NCBI GenBank assembly: GCA_964532225.1
Contig: CAZHHM010000002.1
Location: 47,982-111,981, forward strand
Origin: an uncultured bacterium
GTDB taxonomy: Bacteria; Margulisbacteria; WOR-1; JAKLHX01
Reading direction: 5' to 3'
Length of the DNA stretch: 64,000 nucleotides
Within the stretch, counting starts at the first letter, position 1, and every line of letters begins with the position of its first letter. A program made the translations under genes and the position numbers. The notes under the pieces were generated by a model that was not told where the DNA came from, searched no databases, and was given only the letters and a program-made list of their open reading frames with translations. Shown here one piece after another: positions 18,348-27,500 of this stretch.

Positions 18348-18982
18348 TTTCTATCCTTAGAATCCATTATACCCCCGGCCTTGGCTATTGCAATAAGCTT
18401 TTCCATTTTGCTTTTCAACTTGCGCCCAGGAGCGGATTCTACGCCTGAACAGGCATCTACAGCAAAAGGCCTGACCTCGTGCACCGCTTTGGCCGCATTA
18501 TCAGGAGAAAGCCCTCCGGCAAGGAAAAACGGTCGTTTACCCTTGTAGCCTCTCAGGACCTTAGTGTCAAAGCCTTTTCCTGTGCCTCCGAAAAGACCTT
18601 TTGAGAAAGAGTCGAACAAGAAATATCTGACCCTGAACCGCCCCAGACCTTTCAGGTCCTGTTTTGAAGATACGCGTATAGCTTTAATTACCGGCTTGCG
18701 CACCTTGAGGCAGTAAGAAGGGCTCTCGTCACCGTGAAGCTGTACCAGGTCAAGCCCCAGTTTGCCGGCGGCAAGGTTGACCGTATCAATGTCCTCATTG
18801 ACGAACACCCCGGCTGTTTTTACTCTGCCTTTCAGCTTCTGTATTATCGCTTCTGCCTTGCTCAAAGAAATATAGCGCGGACTTTTTTTGTAGAAGTTAA
18901 ATCCCAGGAAGTCCGCCCCTGCATTAACGGCATTGACCGCGTCCTTTAGCGTGGTTATCCCGCAGATCTTGACCTTAACCAC
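18344..18982 (-). CDS. trpF: Phosphoribosylanthranilate isomerase
   Basis: VKICGITTLKDA…QLHGDES motifs. Confidence 0.85.
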   Translation of the reverse strand: MVKVKICGITTLKDAVNAVNAGADFLGFNFYKKSPRYISLSKAEAIIQKLKGRVKTAGVFVNEDIDTVNLAAGKLGLDLVQLHGDESPSYCLKVRKPVIKAIRVSSKQDLKGLGRFRVRYFLFDSFSKGLFGGTGKGFDTKVLRGYKGKRPFFLAGGLSPDNAAKAVHEVRPFAVDACSGVESAPGRKLKSKMEKLIAIAKAGGIMDSKDRK

Positions 18983-19742
18983 CCAGAAGCTCCTTTATCC
19001 TTGCCCCAGGATCAGTGCTCTTCATGAGAGCTTCTCCAATAAGCACAGCGTCGACGCCGGCTTTCCTGACCGCATTGATATCTTCGGCCGTCCTTAAGCC
19101 GCTCTCGCTGACAAAGACTGTCCCTTCCTTTTTGGACGCTTTTGCCATAAGTCTGGCCGTGACATCAATCTCGATAGAGAGAGAATCAAGGTCCCTGTTG
19201 TTGATGCCGATGATCTTTGCCCCCAGAGACGCCGCAAGTTTCAGTTCCCCGGCGTTGTGAACTTCGACAAGGGCGTCAAGTCCTTTGCTCATAGCGAACT
19301 CAAGAAGTGTTCCGAGTTTTTCCTTTCCGAGTATGCGGACGATCAGAAGTACAGCATCGGCACCTGCTTCGGCAGATTCAACGACCTGTTCTTCAGCGAT
19401 AATAAAATCCTTTCGAAGAACAGGAATGGTCACGGCTTTCTTTACCGCTATCAGGTCGTCAATGCTGCCGGAGAAGAAATGTTTGTCTGTTAGCACAGAA
19501 ATGGCGGAAGCCCCTGCTTTTTCATAAACAACTGCCTGTTTTACGGGATCAAGGTCCGCATTTATCATGCCTGCGCTGGGTGACGACCTTTTTACCTCGG
19601 CGATCAGCTTGAGCGGGCCGGATACCGACTTGAGGAATCTGCCGGCATAAGGCTTGGCGCTCACAAAATTGGTGCCGGAGCGTTTCTTTTTCAGCTCGTT
19701 CACCTCGGTCTCTTTTTGCGCGATTATCCTTGAAAGAAGCAT
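18975..19742 (-). CDS. trpC: Indole-3-glycerol phosphate synthase
   Basis: IAEVKRSSPSAG…ISVLTDKHFFSGS…INNRDL motifs. Confidence 0.9.
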   Translation of the reverse strand: MLLSRIIAQKETEVNELKKKRSGTNFVSAKPYAGRFLKSVSGPLKLIAEVKRSSPSAGMINADLDPVKQAVVYEKAGASAISVLTDKHFFSGSIDDLIAVKKAVTIPVLRKDFIIAEEQVVESAEAGADAVLLIVRILGKEKLGTLLEFAMSKGLDALVEVHNAGELKLAASLGAKIIGINNRDLDSLSIEIDVTARLMAKASKKEGTVFVSESGLRTAEDINAVRKAGVDAVLIGEALMKSTDPGARIKELLGG

Positions 19743-19798
19743 TTTAAGCCTACTATAACTTAGTTGTGGGGTGCGTTCAATAGAGATATAATTCCTCT

Positions 19799-20713
19799 GT
19801 GACCTACCATGTCCCGGTGCTCCTTAATGAAACAATAGAGCTGCTCATGCCGCGACCAGAAGGCTTCTGGGTTGACGCGACAGGCGGAGGCGGCGGGCAT
19901 TCGCGCGAGATACTCAAAAGGATAGTCCCCGGCGGCAAACTCATCATTTTCGACAGGGACAGCGAGGCACTTGCGCAATGCGAGAAAGCTCTCTCAGATT
20001 TCGACGGATACGTGATATTCATGAACGAGAATTTCGCGGATATGGCCCCTGCCCTTTCATCGGTCAATATAAACAAGGTATCAGGCGTTCTTTTTGACCT
20101 CGGTGTCTCTTCCCACCAGATCGACGAACCTCAGAGGGGCTTCAGCTTCATGAAAGACGGGCCGCTGGATATGAGAATGGACAAAGGACTGAAGACCGAT
20201 GCGGGAAGACTATTGAACGAACTGGACGAAAGGACACTTGCAGATATCATCTTCCGTTATGGCGAAGAACGGTTCGCAAGGAAGATAGCATGGAACATCG
20301 TCAGGGTCAGGCCGATGACGTCTACGGCAGATCTGCTGAAAGCTGTGGAGATATCCGTTCCGCGGCAGTCAAGGATCTCATCTTGCGCCAGGGTCTTTCA
20401 GGCCGTAAGGATAGCGGTGAACGACGAGCTTGAAAGCCTCAGAAAAGGCCTTGAAGGATCTCTTGAGCATCTTGAAAAAGGCGGCAGGCTTGTCGTAATA
20501 TCGTACCATAGCCTTGAGGACAGGATGGTCAAAGGGTTCATGAGGACCGCCGCAGCCGGCTGCGTTTGCGACAGAAAAGCCCCTGTCTGCGTTTGCGGCA
20601 AGGAAAAGACGCTTAAGATCATCACAAAGAAGCCTTTGGTCTCCGGACCTGACGAAACAGAAAAGAACCCCAGGTCAAGGAGCGCCAAGCTCAGGGCGGC
20701 CGAAAGGATATGA
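19799..20713 (+). CDS. rsmH: 16S rRNA (cytosine1402-N4)-methyltransferase RsmH/MraW
   Basis: HVPVLLNE…DATGGGGGHS N-terminus, 304 aa. Confidence 0.9.
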   Translation: MTYHVPVLLNETIELLMPRPEGFWVDATGGGGGHSREILKRIVPGGKLIIFDRDSEALAQCEKALSDFDGYVIFMNENFADMAPALSSVNINKVSGVLFDLGVSSHQIDEPQRGFSFMKDGPLDMRMDKGLKTDAGRLLNELDERTLADIIFRYGEERFARKIAWNIVRVRPMTSTADLLKAVEISVPRQSRISSCARVFQAVRIAVNDELESLRKGLEGSLEHLEKGGRLVVISYHSLEDRMVKGFMRTAAAGCVCDRKAPVCVCGKEKTLKIITKKPLVSGPDETEKNPRSRSAKLRAAERI

Positions 20714-20714
20714 A

Positions 20715-20984
20715 ATGACCAGAAAGATACTGATCATCGCCTTCATGCTGATAGCTTTCGTATTCATCCATCTGGCGCTTATCACGAACATAACTTCGGC
20801 AGGATACCGTCTTGATGAGCGGGAGTCGCTGCTTAACGGACTGAAGAGCGAGAACACGGACCTGGCCGCAAGGTCTGCTGTGCTGCGTTCACCCGAAAAG
20901 ATCGACAGTTATGCGCGCAATTCGCTTAAGATGGTAAAGCCGGAGAGGATCGAATATCTTTTGTTGAGCGGCGAAGCCGACTAG
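20715..20984 (+). CDS. ftsL: Cell division protein FtsL-like
   Basis: 89-aa single-TM protein immediately after rsmH, in the canonical dcw position. No ftsI/mur genes follow. Confidence 0.55.
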   Translation: MTRKILIIAFMLIAFVFIHLALITNITSAGYRLDERESLLNGLKSENTDLAARSAVLRSPEKIDSYARNSLKMVKPERIEYLLLSGEAD

Positions 20985-20986
20985 CC

Positions 20987-21859
20987 TCAGTTGGCGCTGT
21001 TATCCACGAACTTGAAGCCGAACATATGCATGTTCTTATCTTCCTGGTTTATCATGACCGCATAGTCTATGTCACAATACCCCATCGAGAAGGAAGCACC
21101 GGCAGTGAACCTTGTCTTGTCCCAGCCTGCCCTCACAAGCAGTCCCTCCGAAAGCTTTGTCTCAAGGCCGTAATGCATCAGTATGGTCGCGCCTTTCTTT
21201 GATTTGAGGTCGCGGAACTCACCGTCAATGGCAAGCACCGTATTTTTTAGCGAAAGAGGGAACATCCCTGCCCCCACCCTGATCGTGGTGTTCGTCGGCA
21301 CATCAGTCTTGAACACGTCCTGAAGCAGAAGTCCGGCCTTTATCTCCCTGGTCAGATCGAACTTGATGCCAGCATCCATTGTCCAGCCGCGTCCGCTCCC
21401 GAGATTGGAGACATAGGCGATGTTCTTGTAAGTAAGGCCCCAAGCCATGCCTCCCTCTCCCGCCCTCGCAAAAGAGAACGATGTGACCGCAGCCCGCCCG
21501 AACGTTCCGTCCCATCTGTTCAGATATCCTATGCCCGACCCGTTGGAGACAATATAATACCCCTCGTTCACAGGATAGAAGTCGCTGTTCATGTCCATAT
21601 ATGACCTGGTGTACTCGGTCCCTGCGGCAGAGAGCCCACCCGGATTATAGAACACCGCATTGCTGTCGTTGGCCACGCCGACAAAAGCGCCGCCCATGCC
21701 AAGCGGCCTTATGCCCGCACCGTCCTTGAGCACATCAGTAAGTATATTTGCGGATGCCATGCCCTGATTTGAGAGCCATATCGCGAGGATAATAAGATAT
21801 TTGACGGCTTTTACCACGAAAAATATCTTAAGATGGGGCTTCAGGCGTTTGTTTGTCAT
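20987..21859 (-). CDS. Putative outer-membrane beta-barrel protein (GMGGA…NPAG motif family, PorV/UPF0164-like)
   Basis: N-terminal hydrophobic segment. IRPLGMGGAFVGVANDSNAVFYNPGGL motif shared with the ORF at 62081-63166. Alternating beta-strand-like pattern. Confidence 0.45.
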   Translation of the reverse strand: MTNKRLKPHLKIFFVVKAVKYLIILAIWLSNQGMASANILTDVLKDGAGIRPLGMGGAFVGVANDSNAVFYNPGGLSAAGTEYTRSYMDMNSDFYPVNEGYYIVSNGSGIGYLNRWDGTFGRAAVTSFSFARAGEGGMAWGLTYKNIAYVSNLGSGRGWTMDAGIKFDLTREIKAGLLLQDVFKTDVPTNTTIRVGAGMFPLSLKNTVLAIDGEFRDLKSKKGATILMHYGLETKLSEGLLVRAGWDKTRFTAGASFSMGYCDIDYAVMINQEDKNMHMFGFKFVDNSAN

Positions 21860-21887
21860 TTTTCTGCTTCAATTGTATACTACAGTT

Positions 21888-23321
21888 ATGACAACATCAA
21901 ATCCCGTGAGGGTAAGGTTCGCCCCGAGCCCGACCGGATATCTCCACGTCGGAGGAGCAAGGACAGCTCTTTACAACTGGCTGTTTGCCAGGAAGAACAA
22001 AGGCGTTTTCATCCTGAGGATCGAGGATACCGACCAGGCAAGGTCCACCAAAGAAGCTACACAGGCGATACTTGACGGAATGTCCTGGCTGGGGATGGAC
22101 TGGGACGAAGGCCCGTTCTTTCAGGCGGAGCGCCTTGACCTTTATAAGGCCGCTGCCGCAAAGCTGCTTGCCGAGGATAAGGCCTATCACTGCTACTGCT
22201 CTCCCGAAGAGCTATCGGCCATGCGCAAGGAGCAGGAATCCAAAAAACAGGCCCCGAAATACGACGGCCGCTGCAGACATCTGACCCCTGAACAAAAAGC
22301 CGCCTTTGAAAAAGAAGGCAGAAAACCAGTCCTCAGGTTCAAGCTGCCGTCTCAGGGCATAACCGTGGTAAAGGACATGATTCACGGCGACGTAAAGTTC
22401 AGCAACGACCTCCTCGATGACTTCGTCATCTACAAGTCCGACGGATTCCCAACATACAATTTCGCCGTCACCGTTGACGACAACGATATGAAGATCACTC
22501 ATGTAATAAGGGGCGACGACCATCTGTCGAACACTCCGAGGCAGGTGCTGCTGTACCAGGCGCTCGGATACGTCATCCCGGTCTTTGCACACATACCGAT
22601 GATACTCGGCAAGGACAAGGCCCGGCTCAGCAAAAGGCACGGAGCAACATCGGTCATAGTTTACAAGGACATGGGATACCTTCCGGAGGCCATGATGAAC
22701 TATCTTGCCCGGCTGGGATGGGGTCACGGGGACAAGGAGATATTCACCATAGATGAGCTGATATCTCTTTTCGAAATAGAAAAGGTCAACAAGACCTCGG
22801 CGGTGTTCGACATGGACAAGCTCAACTGGCTGAATGCCAATTACATCCGGCAGAAAAGCGCGGATGAACTGATAGAGCTTACCAGACCTTTCCTTGAGAA
22901 AGCATACCCTTCTTACGGCAAGAAAGACCCTGTCTGGCTCAAAAAGATGACCGCCGCTTTGCAGGAAAGGCTTAAGACCGTCAACGAATGCGTTGAGCTC
23001 TCGGATTTCTTTTTCAACGATGAAGTTGCTTTTGACCAGCAGGCTTTCGACAAGCAGCTTAAGGCCGAAGGGGCAAAGGACATCCTGATCAAGTTGGGGG
23101 ACAAGCTTTCAGCTGTTTCTCCGTTCACCAAAGAAAATATCGAGCCTGCTTTCCGCGGTCTCGCCGAAGAACTGGGCATAAAGGCCGGAAAGGTCATTCA
23201 CCCTGCCCGCGTCGCGCTCACCGGAAGGATGGACTCCCCTCCCATGTTCGACACGACTGAGTTGATCGGTAAAGAGCTTTGTCTGCAAAGGATCGACAGA
23301 GCGGTCGCACTTATCGGCTGA
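21888..23321 (+). CDS. gltX: Glutamate--tRNA ligase
   Basis: VRVRFAPSPTGYLHVGGARTALYNW (HIGH region) and KLSKR (KMSKS-type). Start moved to the ATG at 21888. Confidence 0.9.
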   Translation: MTTSNPVRVRFAPSPTGYLHVGGARTALYNWLFARKNKGVFILRIEDTDQARSTKEATQAILDGMSWLGMDWDEGPFFQAERLDLYKAAAAKLLAEDKAYHCYCSPEELSAMRKEQESKKQAPKYDGRCRHLTPEQKAAFEKEGRKPVLRFKLPSQGITVVKDMIHGDVKFSNDLLDDFVIYKSDGFPTYNFAVTVDDNDMKITHVIRGDDHLSNTPRQVLLYQALGYVIPVFAHIPMILGKDKARLSKRHGATSVIVYKDMGYLPEAMMNYLARLGWGHGDKEIFTIDELISLFEIEKVNKTSAVFDMDKLNWLNANYIRQKSADELIELTRPFLEKAYPSYGKKDPVWLKKMTAALQERLKTVNECVELSDFFFNDEVAFDQQAFDKQLKAEGAKDILIKLGDKLSAVSPFTKENIEPAFRGLAEELGIKAGKVIHPARVALTGRMDSPPMFDTTELIGKELCLQRIDRAVALIG

Positions 23322-23330
23322 GGCCCCGGC

Positions 23331-24198
23331 TTACAGCTTTCTGCTTACATAGCCTATCGTCTTGTATATCAGCTTTGCAATAGTATAGTCCGCGTACTCG
23401 AACCCGGGCTTGGGGCTCAGCTCCACAAAATCCGCCCCGATAATGCGCCTCTCCTCGGAGACCTTCTTGATTATAGCGAGCGTGAGCTCCCAGCTGAGGC
23501 CTCCCGGCTCAGGGGTGCCTGTGGCCGGGACTATCGACGGGTCAAGGCCGTCGACATCGAAGGTCAGGTACACATTGTTCGACAGCATGTTCACTATCGA
23601 GCTTATCTTCGAGTGGTCCATTTCGTGGGCGTAGAAGACCTCCCCCGTCATCCCGTTGCCGGCCAGATAATCCCGCTCTTCCCTGTCCTGGCTCCTTATT
23701 CCCACCTGAACGGCGGGGCACATCTCCCTCACCCTTCTCATGATCGAGGCATGGCTGTGTTTTGAACCGTGATATGAATCGCGAAGGTCGGCATGCGCGT
23801 CGAACTGAAGGACCGACAGATCATGGAAGCGCTCTTTTGCCGCCTTTACCGGTCCGTACGAGATGGAATGCTCGCCGCCGAGGAATATAGGGAATTTCTG
23901 GTCGGCGAAAAGCTTTTTGGCCGTGTTGTATATGTCCCCGTGAGGTTCTTTTGAAAAGGTGACCGGAGGAAGCGTACAGATCCCGGTCTTCTTGTACGGC
24001 TCGCAATCGAGCTCGATATCATAGTCCTCGACTATCTGTGAGGCTTCAAGAATGGCCTTCGGACCGTTCTTTGTGCCTTTTCCGTAGGAAACGGTCTTTT
24101 CGAAAGGGACCGGGACAATGACTATCTTTGAGCCTTCATAAGCGCTGAATTCCGGTTCTATCTCAAGGAATTTTTTCCACTGCTTTGCCTGTGCCATA
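23331..24198 (-). CDS. speB: Agmatinase/ureohydrolase family
   Basis: Arginase-fold Mn-binding motifs (GGEHSISYG, FDAHADLR, DVDGLDPS). Start probably MAQAKQ at 24198. Confidence 0.75.
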
Positions 24199-24226
24199 AT
24201 CATTAATTTAGTATCTGTATACAATA

Positions 24227-25753
24227 TTGTCAACAGTGAGCGCTGGTTTGAAAGCGGTTCCTGTATATGGTATCCTTTGTTTATCGGAGGGAAAAATCGT
24301 GGAAGAAATCAACAAGACAGACCAGACCGAACTGAAAGGCACATCCTTCAATTCGGCTAAAGGCTCGGGCGATATGTCCGAGCTGGACGCGCTCATCAAC
24401 GAAACGCTCAGCGAGAACAAGGTAGCTCCAAAAGAAAAAACACAGGTAGTGGACGAGGCGTCATTTTCGGCACATAAGATCTCCTCGGAGAACCAGCTCA
24501 AGACCGAAATGCCCAAGCAGGACCCCAGGGCCGTATATCAGAGCCTCAAACATGAAGTAAAAAAAGAGGAGCCTTCCGCCCCGAAAGAAGCCGCTCCGGC
24601 TACGGAAAAGAAGACGGACACCTATAGCGACACTTTTAAGCAGTATAAGTCGGGCGATATCATCATCGGAACAGTGGAAAAGGTGGACCAGCAGGGAGCC
24701 CTCGTCAACATCAACTATAAGTCCGACGGTTTTATCGACGCTAAAGAGTTCGAGGGACGGACGCTAAAGGCCGGGGACAAGATCCATGTGTTCATCGATG
24801 CGCTTTCGACAAAAGAAGGCTATGTTGCCCTGTCGCTAAAAAAGGCCGAGTACGAGGCAAGGTGGCATGAGGCTTATGAAGCGTTCAAAAAACGCACAAC
24901 GATAGAGGTCAAGGTCACTTCTGCGGTCGCAGGGGGGCTTGTTGTGGATTACAGAGGGCTCAGGGCATTTGTTCCCGCCTCCCACGTCCTCAAGCCGAAG
25001 GAGTCCCAGCTTAACGATTTCGTGGGCAAAACTTTGCCCGTAAAGGTGATCGAGGTCGACAAAAGGCGCAGCAAGGTCATTATGTCGAACAGGTTCGGGG
25101 CCGTTGAAAAGGAGAAGGCTGACAAAGAAAAGCTCCTTGAAAATATCGAGGTCGGACAGGTCCTAAAAGGACGGGTCTCAAGCGTGAAAAAATTCGGGGT
25201 ATTCGTCAACCTTGACGGTGTCGAAGGCCTTGTGCACATCAACGACCTGTCATGGAAAAGGGTCGTGGACCCGTCATCAGTGGTCTCTCTGGGACAGGAG
25301 CTGGAGGTCTTTGTGCTCGGCGTTGATAAGATCACAAAAAAGATATCGCTCGGGCTTAAGCAGCTGCAGCCTGATCCGTGGGCGACCGCCGGTGAAAAGT
25401 ACCGAGTCGGACAGACAGTACAGGCAAAGGTGCTCCGTCTGGCAAAGTTCGGGGCTTTCGCCGAGGTCGAAGAAGGCATAGAGGGCCTTATCCATATCTC
25501 CGAGCTTTCGACCAAACAGGTCCAGGCCCCGTCGGATGCCGTTAAGCCGGGGGACATCGTGAGCGCAAAGATACTGAGAGTGATACCTGAAGAACAGAAG
25601 ATCGGCCTTTCTATCAGGGAAGCCGAACTTGAAGAAGAAAAAAAGAAGCTTAAAGAGGTCCAGGCCTCTACTGCCCCTCAAAGCGTGACCATAGGGGACA
25701 CTATATCGGAAGAGCTTAAAGCAAAGCTTACCGGAGAAAATGAGCTTTCTTAA
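24227..25753 (+). CDS. rpsA: 30S ribosomal protein S1 (4 S1 domains, long N-terminal extension)
   Basis: Repeated S1 OB-fold domains (GDIIIGTVEKV…, GQVLKGRVSSVKKFGVFV…, GQTVQAKVLRLAKFGAFA…). True start uncertain. Confidence 0.75.
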   Translation: MSTVSAGLKAVPVYGILCLSEGKIVEEINKTDQTELKGTSFNSAKGSGDMSELDALINETLSENKVAPKEKTQVVDEASFSAHKISSENQLKTEMPKQDPRAVYQSLKHEVKKEEPSAPKEAAPATEKKTDTYSDTFKQYKSGDIIIGTVEKVDQQGALVNINYKSDGFIDAKEFEGRTLKAGDKIHVFIDALSTKEGYVALSLKKAEYEARWHEAYEAFKKRTTIEVKVTSAVAGGLVVDYRGLRAFVPASHVLKPKESQLNDFVGKTLPVKVIEVDKRRSKVIMSNRFGAVEKEKADKEKLLENIEVGQVLKGRVSSVKKFGVFVNLDGVEGLVHINDLSWKRVVDPSSVVSLGQELEVFVLGVDKITKKISLGLKQLQPDPWATAGEKYRVGQTVQAKVLRLAKFGAFAEVEEGIEGLIHISELSTKQVQAPSDAVKPGDIVSAKILRVIPEEQKIGLSIREAELEEEKKKLKEVQASTAPQSVTIGDTISEELKAKLTGENELS

Positions 25754-26525
25754 ACTTCTTGACGGCGCTGCCGACCGTAACGATAGCCTTCTGTGCGTAG
25801 GCCTTGATATCGATCTTTCAAGGCTGCCTTCAGAGCTCCTCAACTCAGAGGACCCTATATTCTCTTTCAACCGAACGGTCATAGACAGCACAAAGGACTA
25901 CGTCTGCGCCTATAAGCCGAACATAGCCTTCTACGAGATGTACGGTGTTTACGGCCTCACTGCCCTCATAAAGACGATCGAGTATATCCCGGAGGACATC
26001 CCCGTAATACTTGACGCTAAAAGGGGCGATGTGGGACACACTGCTCAGGCCTATGCCAAAAGTATATTCGAGATATACAAGGCCGATTCGACCACGATAA
26101 ACCCTTATATGGGATACGATTCGGTAAAGCCTTTCACCGAATACAAGGAAAAAGGCATTTTCATCCTCTGCCTGACCTCCAATATGGGATACAAGGATTT
26201 TCAGAACGCGGAAGAGGACACAGTGCCTCTGTACAAACATGTCGCAACACATGTGAAAGAATGGGACATCTACGGCAACTGCGGGCTGGTCGTCGGAGCT
26301 ACCAATGCCGAGCAGCTTAAGGAGATACGCGAGATCGCCGGAGATATGCCCATACTCATCCCGGGCGTGGGAGCACAGGGCGGAGACCTTGAGCACTCAG
26401 TGAAATACGGAGTAACAAAAAAAGGCAACCGGGCGGTGATCAACAGTTCGAGGGGGATAATCTACGCTAAAGACCCGGGCAAGGCCGCAAAAGAGCTCCG
26501 CGACGAGATCAATAAGTACAGATAG
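25740..26525 (+). CDS. pyrF: Orotidine 5'-phosphate decarboxylase (long type 2 form)
   Basis: LLCVGLDIDL…ILDAKRGD motifs, 261 aa. Confidence 0.8.
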   Translation: MSFLKLLDGAADRNDSLLCVGLDIDLSRLPSELLNSEDPIFSFNRTVIDSTKDYVCAYKPNIAFYEMYGVYGLTALIKTIEYIPEDIPVILDAKRGDVGHTAQAYAKSIFEIYKADSTTINPYMGYDSVKPFTEYKEKGIFILCLTSNMGYKDFQNAEEDTVPLYKHVATHVKEWDIYGNCGLVVGATNAEQLKEIREIAGDMPILIPGVGAQGGDLEHSVKYGVTKKGNRAVINSSRGIIYAKDPGKAAKELRDEINKYR

Positions 26526-27285
26526 CCTTCTTCAGCGAAGAAACGAACCTTCCGGCATTCTTCAAGTTCTTTATCAGCGCGCTTCCGACTATAACGCCAT
26601 CCGCGTATCCGGACGCTTCCTTAGCGTGCGCCGGCGTCGAGATGCCGAAACCTACGGCGATCGGCTTGTCGGAATATTTCCTGATCTTTCTGACGCTGCC
26701 CTTGATCGAATCGGAAAGCTTTGCACGGACCCCGGTAGTGCCGGTGGTCGAAACAAGGTAAATGAAACCGGACGATGCTTTTACCGCCATCTTCACTCTG
26801 CTCTCCGGCGTGTTGGGAGCAACGAGGAATATCATATCGAGGCCTCTTTTACCGGCTTCCGTCCTCACCTCCCCTGCCTCTTCGGGCGGCAGGTCAGGCA
26901 GTATCAGCCCGTCAGCTCCTGCGTTCGAAGCTTCTGCCATGAACTTCTTTACACCATATGAGAAAACAATATTGCAGCTCGTCATAAATATAATTGGTAA
27001 AGAGGTCTTTTTTCTTAGTCTCTTTACTAAACTTATGGACCCTGCCGCCCCCATTCCCCGTTCCCCATTCCCTATTCCCCTCTTAATTGCTCTACTTGCC
27101 GCCTCCACTATCACAGGCCCGTCAGCGATCGAGTCCGAGAAGGGAATGCCTATCTCTACGATATCAGCGCCGCTCTTTTCAAGTTCAAGCACAAGCTTTT
27201 CGGTAAAAGAAAGCGAAGGGTCGCCGGCCATGATGAAGGTTATTAGGGCTTTCCCGTTCTTAAAGGCCCCGGAAATGCGTGACAT
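26509..27285 (-). CDS. trpA: Tryptophan synthase alpha chain (with a Gly-rich low-complexity in-frame insertion)
   Basis: ITFIMAGDPS…EIGIPFSDSIADGPVI motifs. The insertion GIGNGERGMGAAG is encoded by a C/T-rich tract at ~27040-27085. Confidence 0.85.
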   Translation of the reverse strand: MSRISGAFKNGKALITFIMAGDPSLSFTEKLVLELEKSGADIVEIGIPFSDSIADGPVIVEAASRAIKRGIGNGERGMGAAGSISLVKRLRKKTSLPIIFMTSCNIVFSYGVKKFMAEASNAGADGLILPDLPPEEAGEVRTEAGKRGLDMIFLVAPNTPESRVKMAVKASSGFIYLVSTTGTTGVRAKLSDSIKGSVRKIRKYSDKPIAVGFGISTPAHAKEASGYADGVIVGSALIKNLKNAGRFVSSLKKAICTY

Positions 27286-27500
27286 AGGAAGATTATAGCA
27301 GAGAAGGGATGGAGGGGATGGAAGAGCAGTAAGGCAGAAGGGTTAGAGGGGAAACAAGGGAAATAAGGGTTAGATGGGAGAAGGGGGAAAAGGGGAAGAT
27401 GGGAGAGACGGGAACAGAAAGACCCCTTTTATCCCCTATTTCTCTTATTTCCCTTTCCCCTTTCTCCACATCCACCTCATCCATCCCTTCATTCCCTTTG
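27286..27500. repeat. Long imperfect palindrome with a homopurine arm (27293-27415) and a homopyrimidine arm (27425-27500)
   Basis: GA-rich run, then its approximate reverse complement (gaaacaagggaa … ttccctttgtttc), was seen directly. Located just downstream of the GT9 stop and upstream of trpA. Confidence 0.7.
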
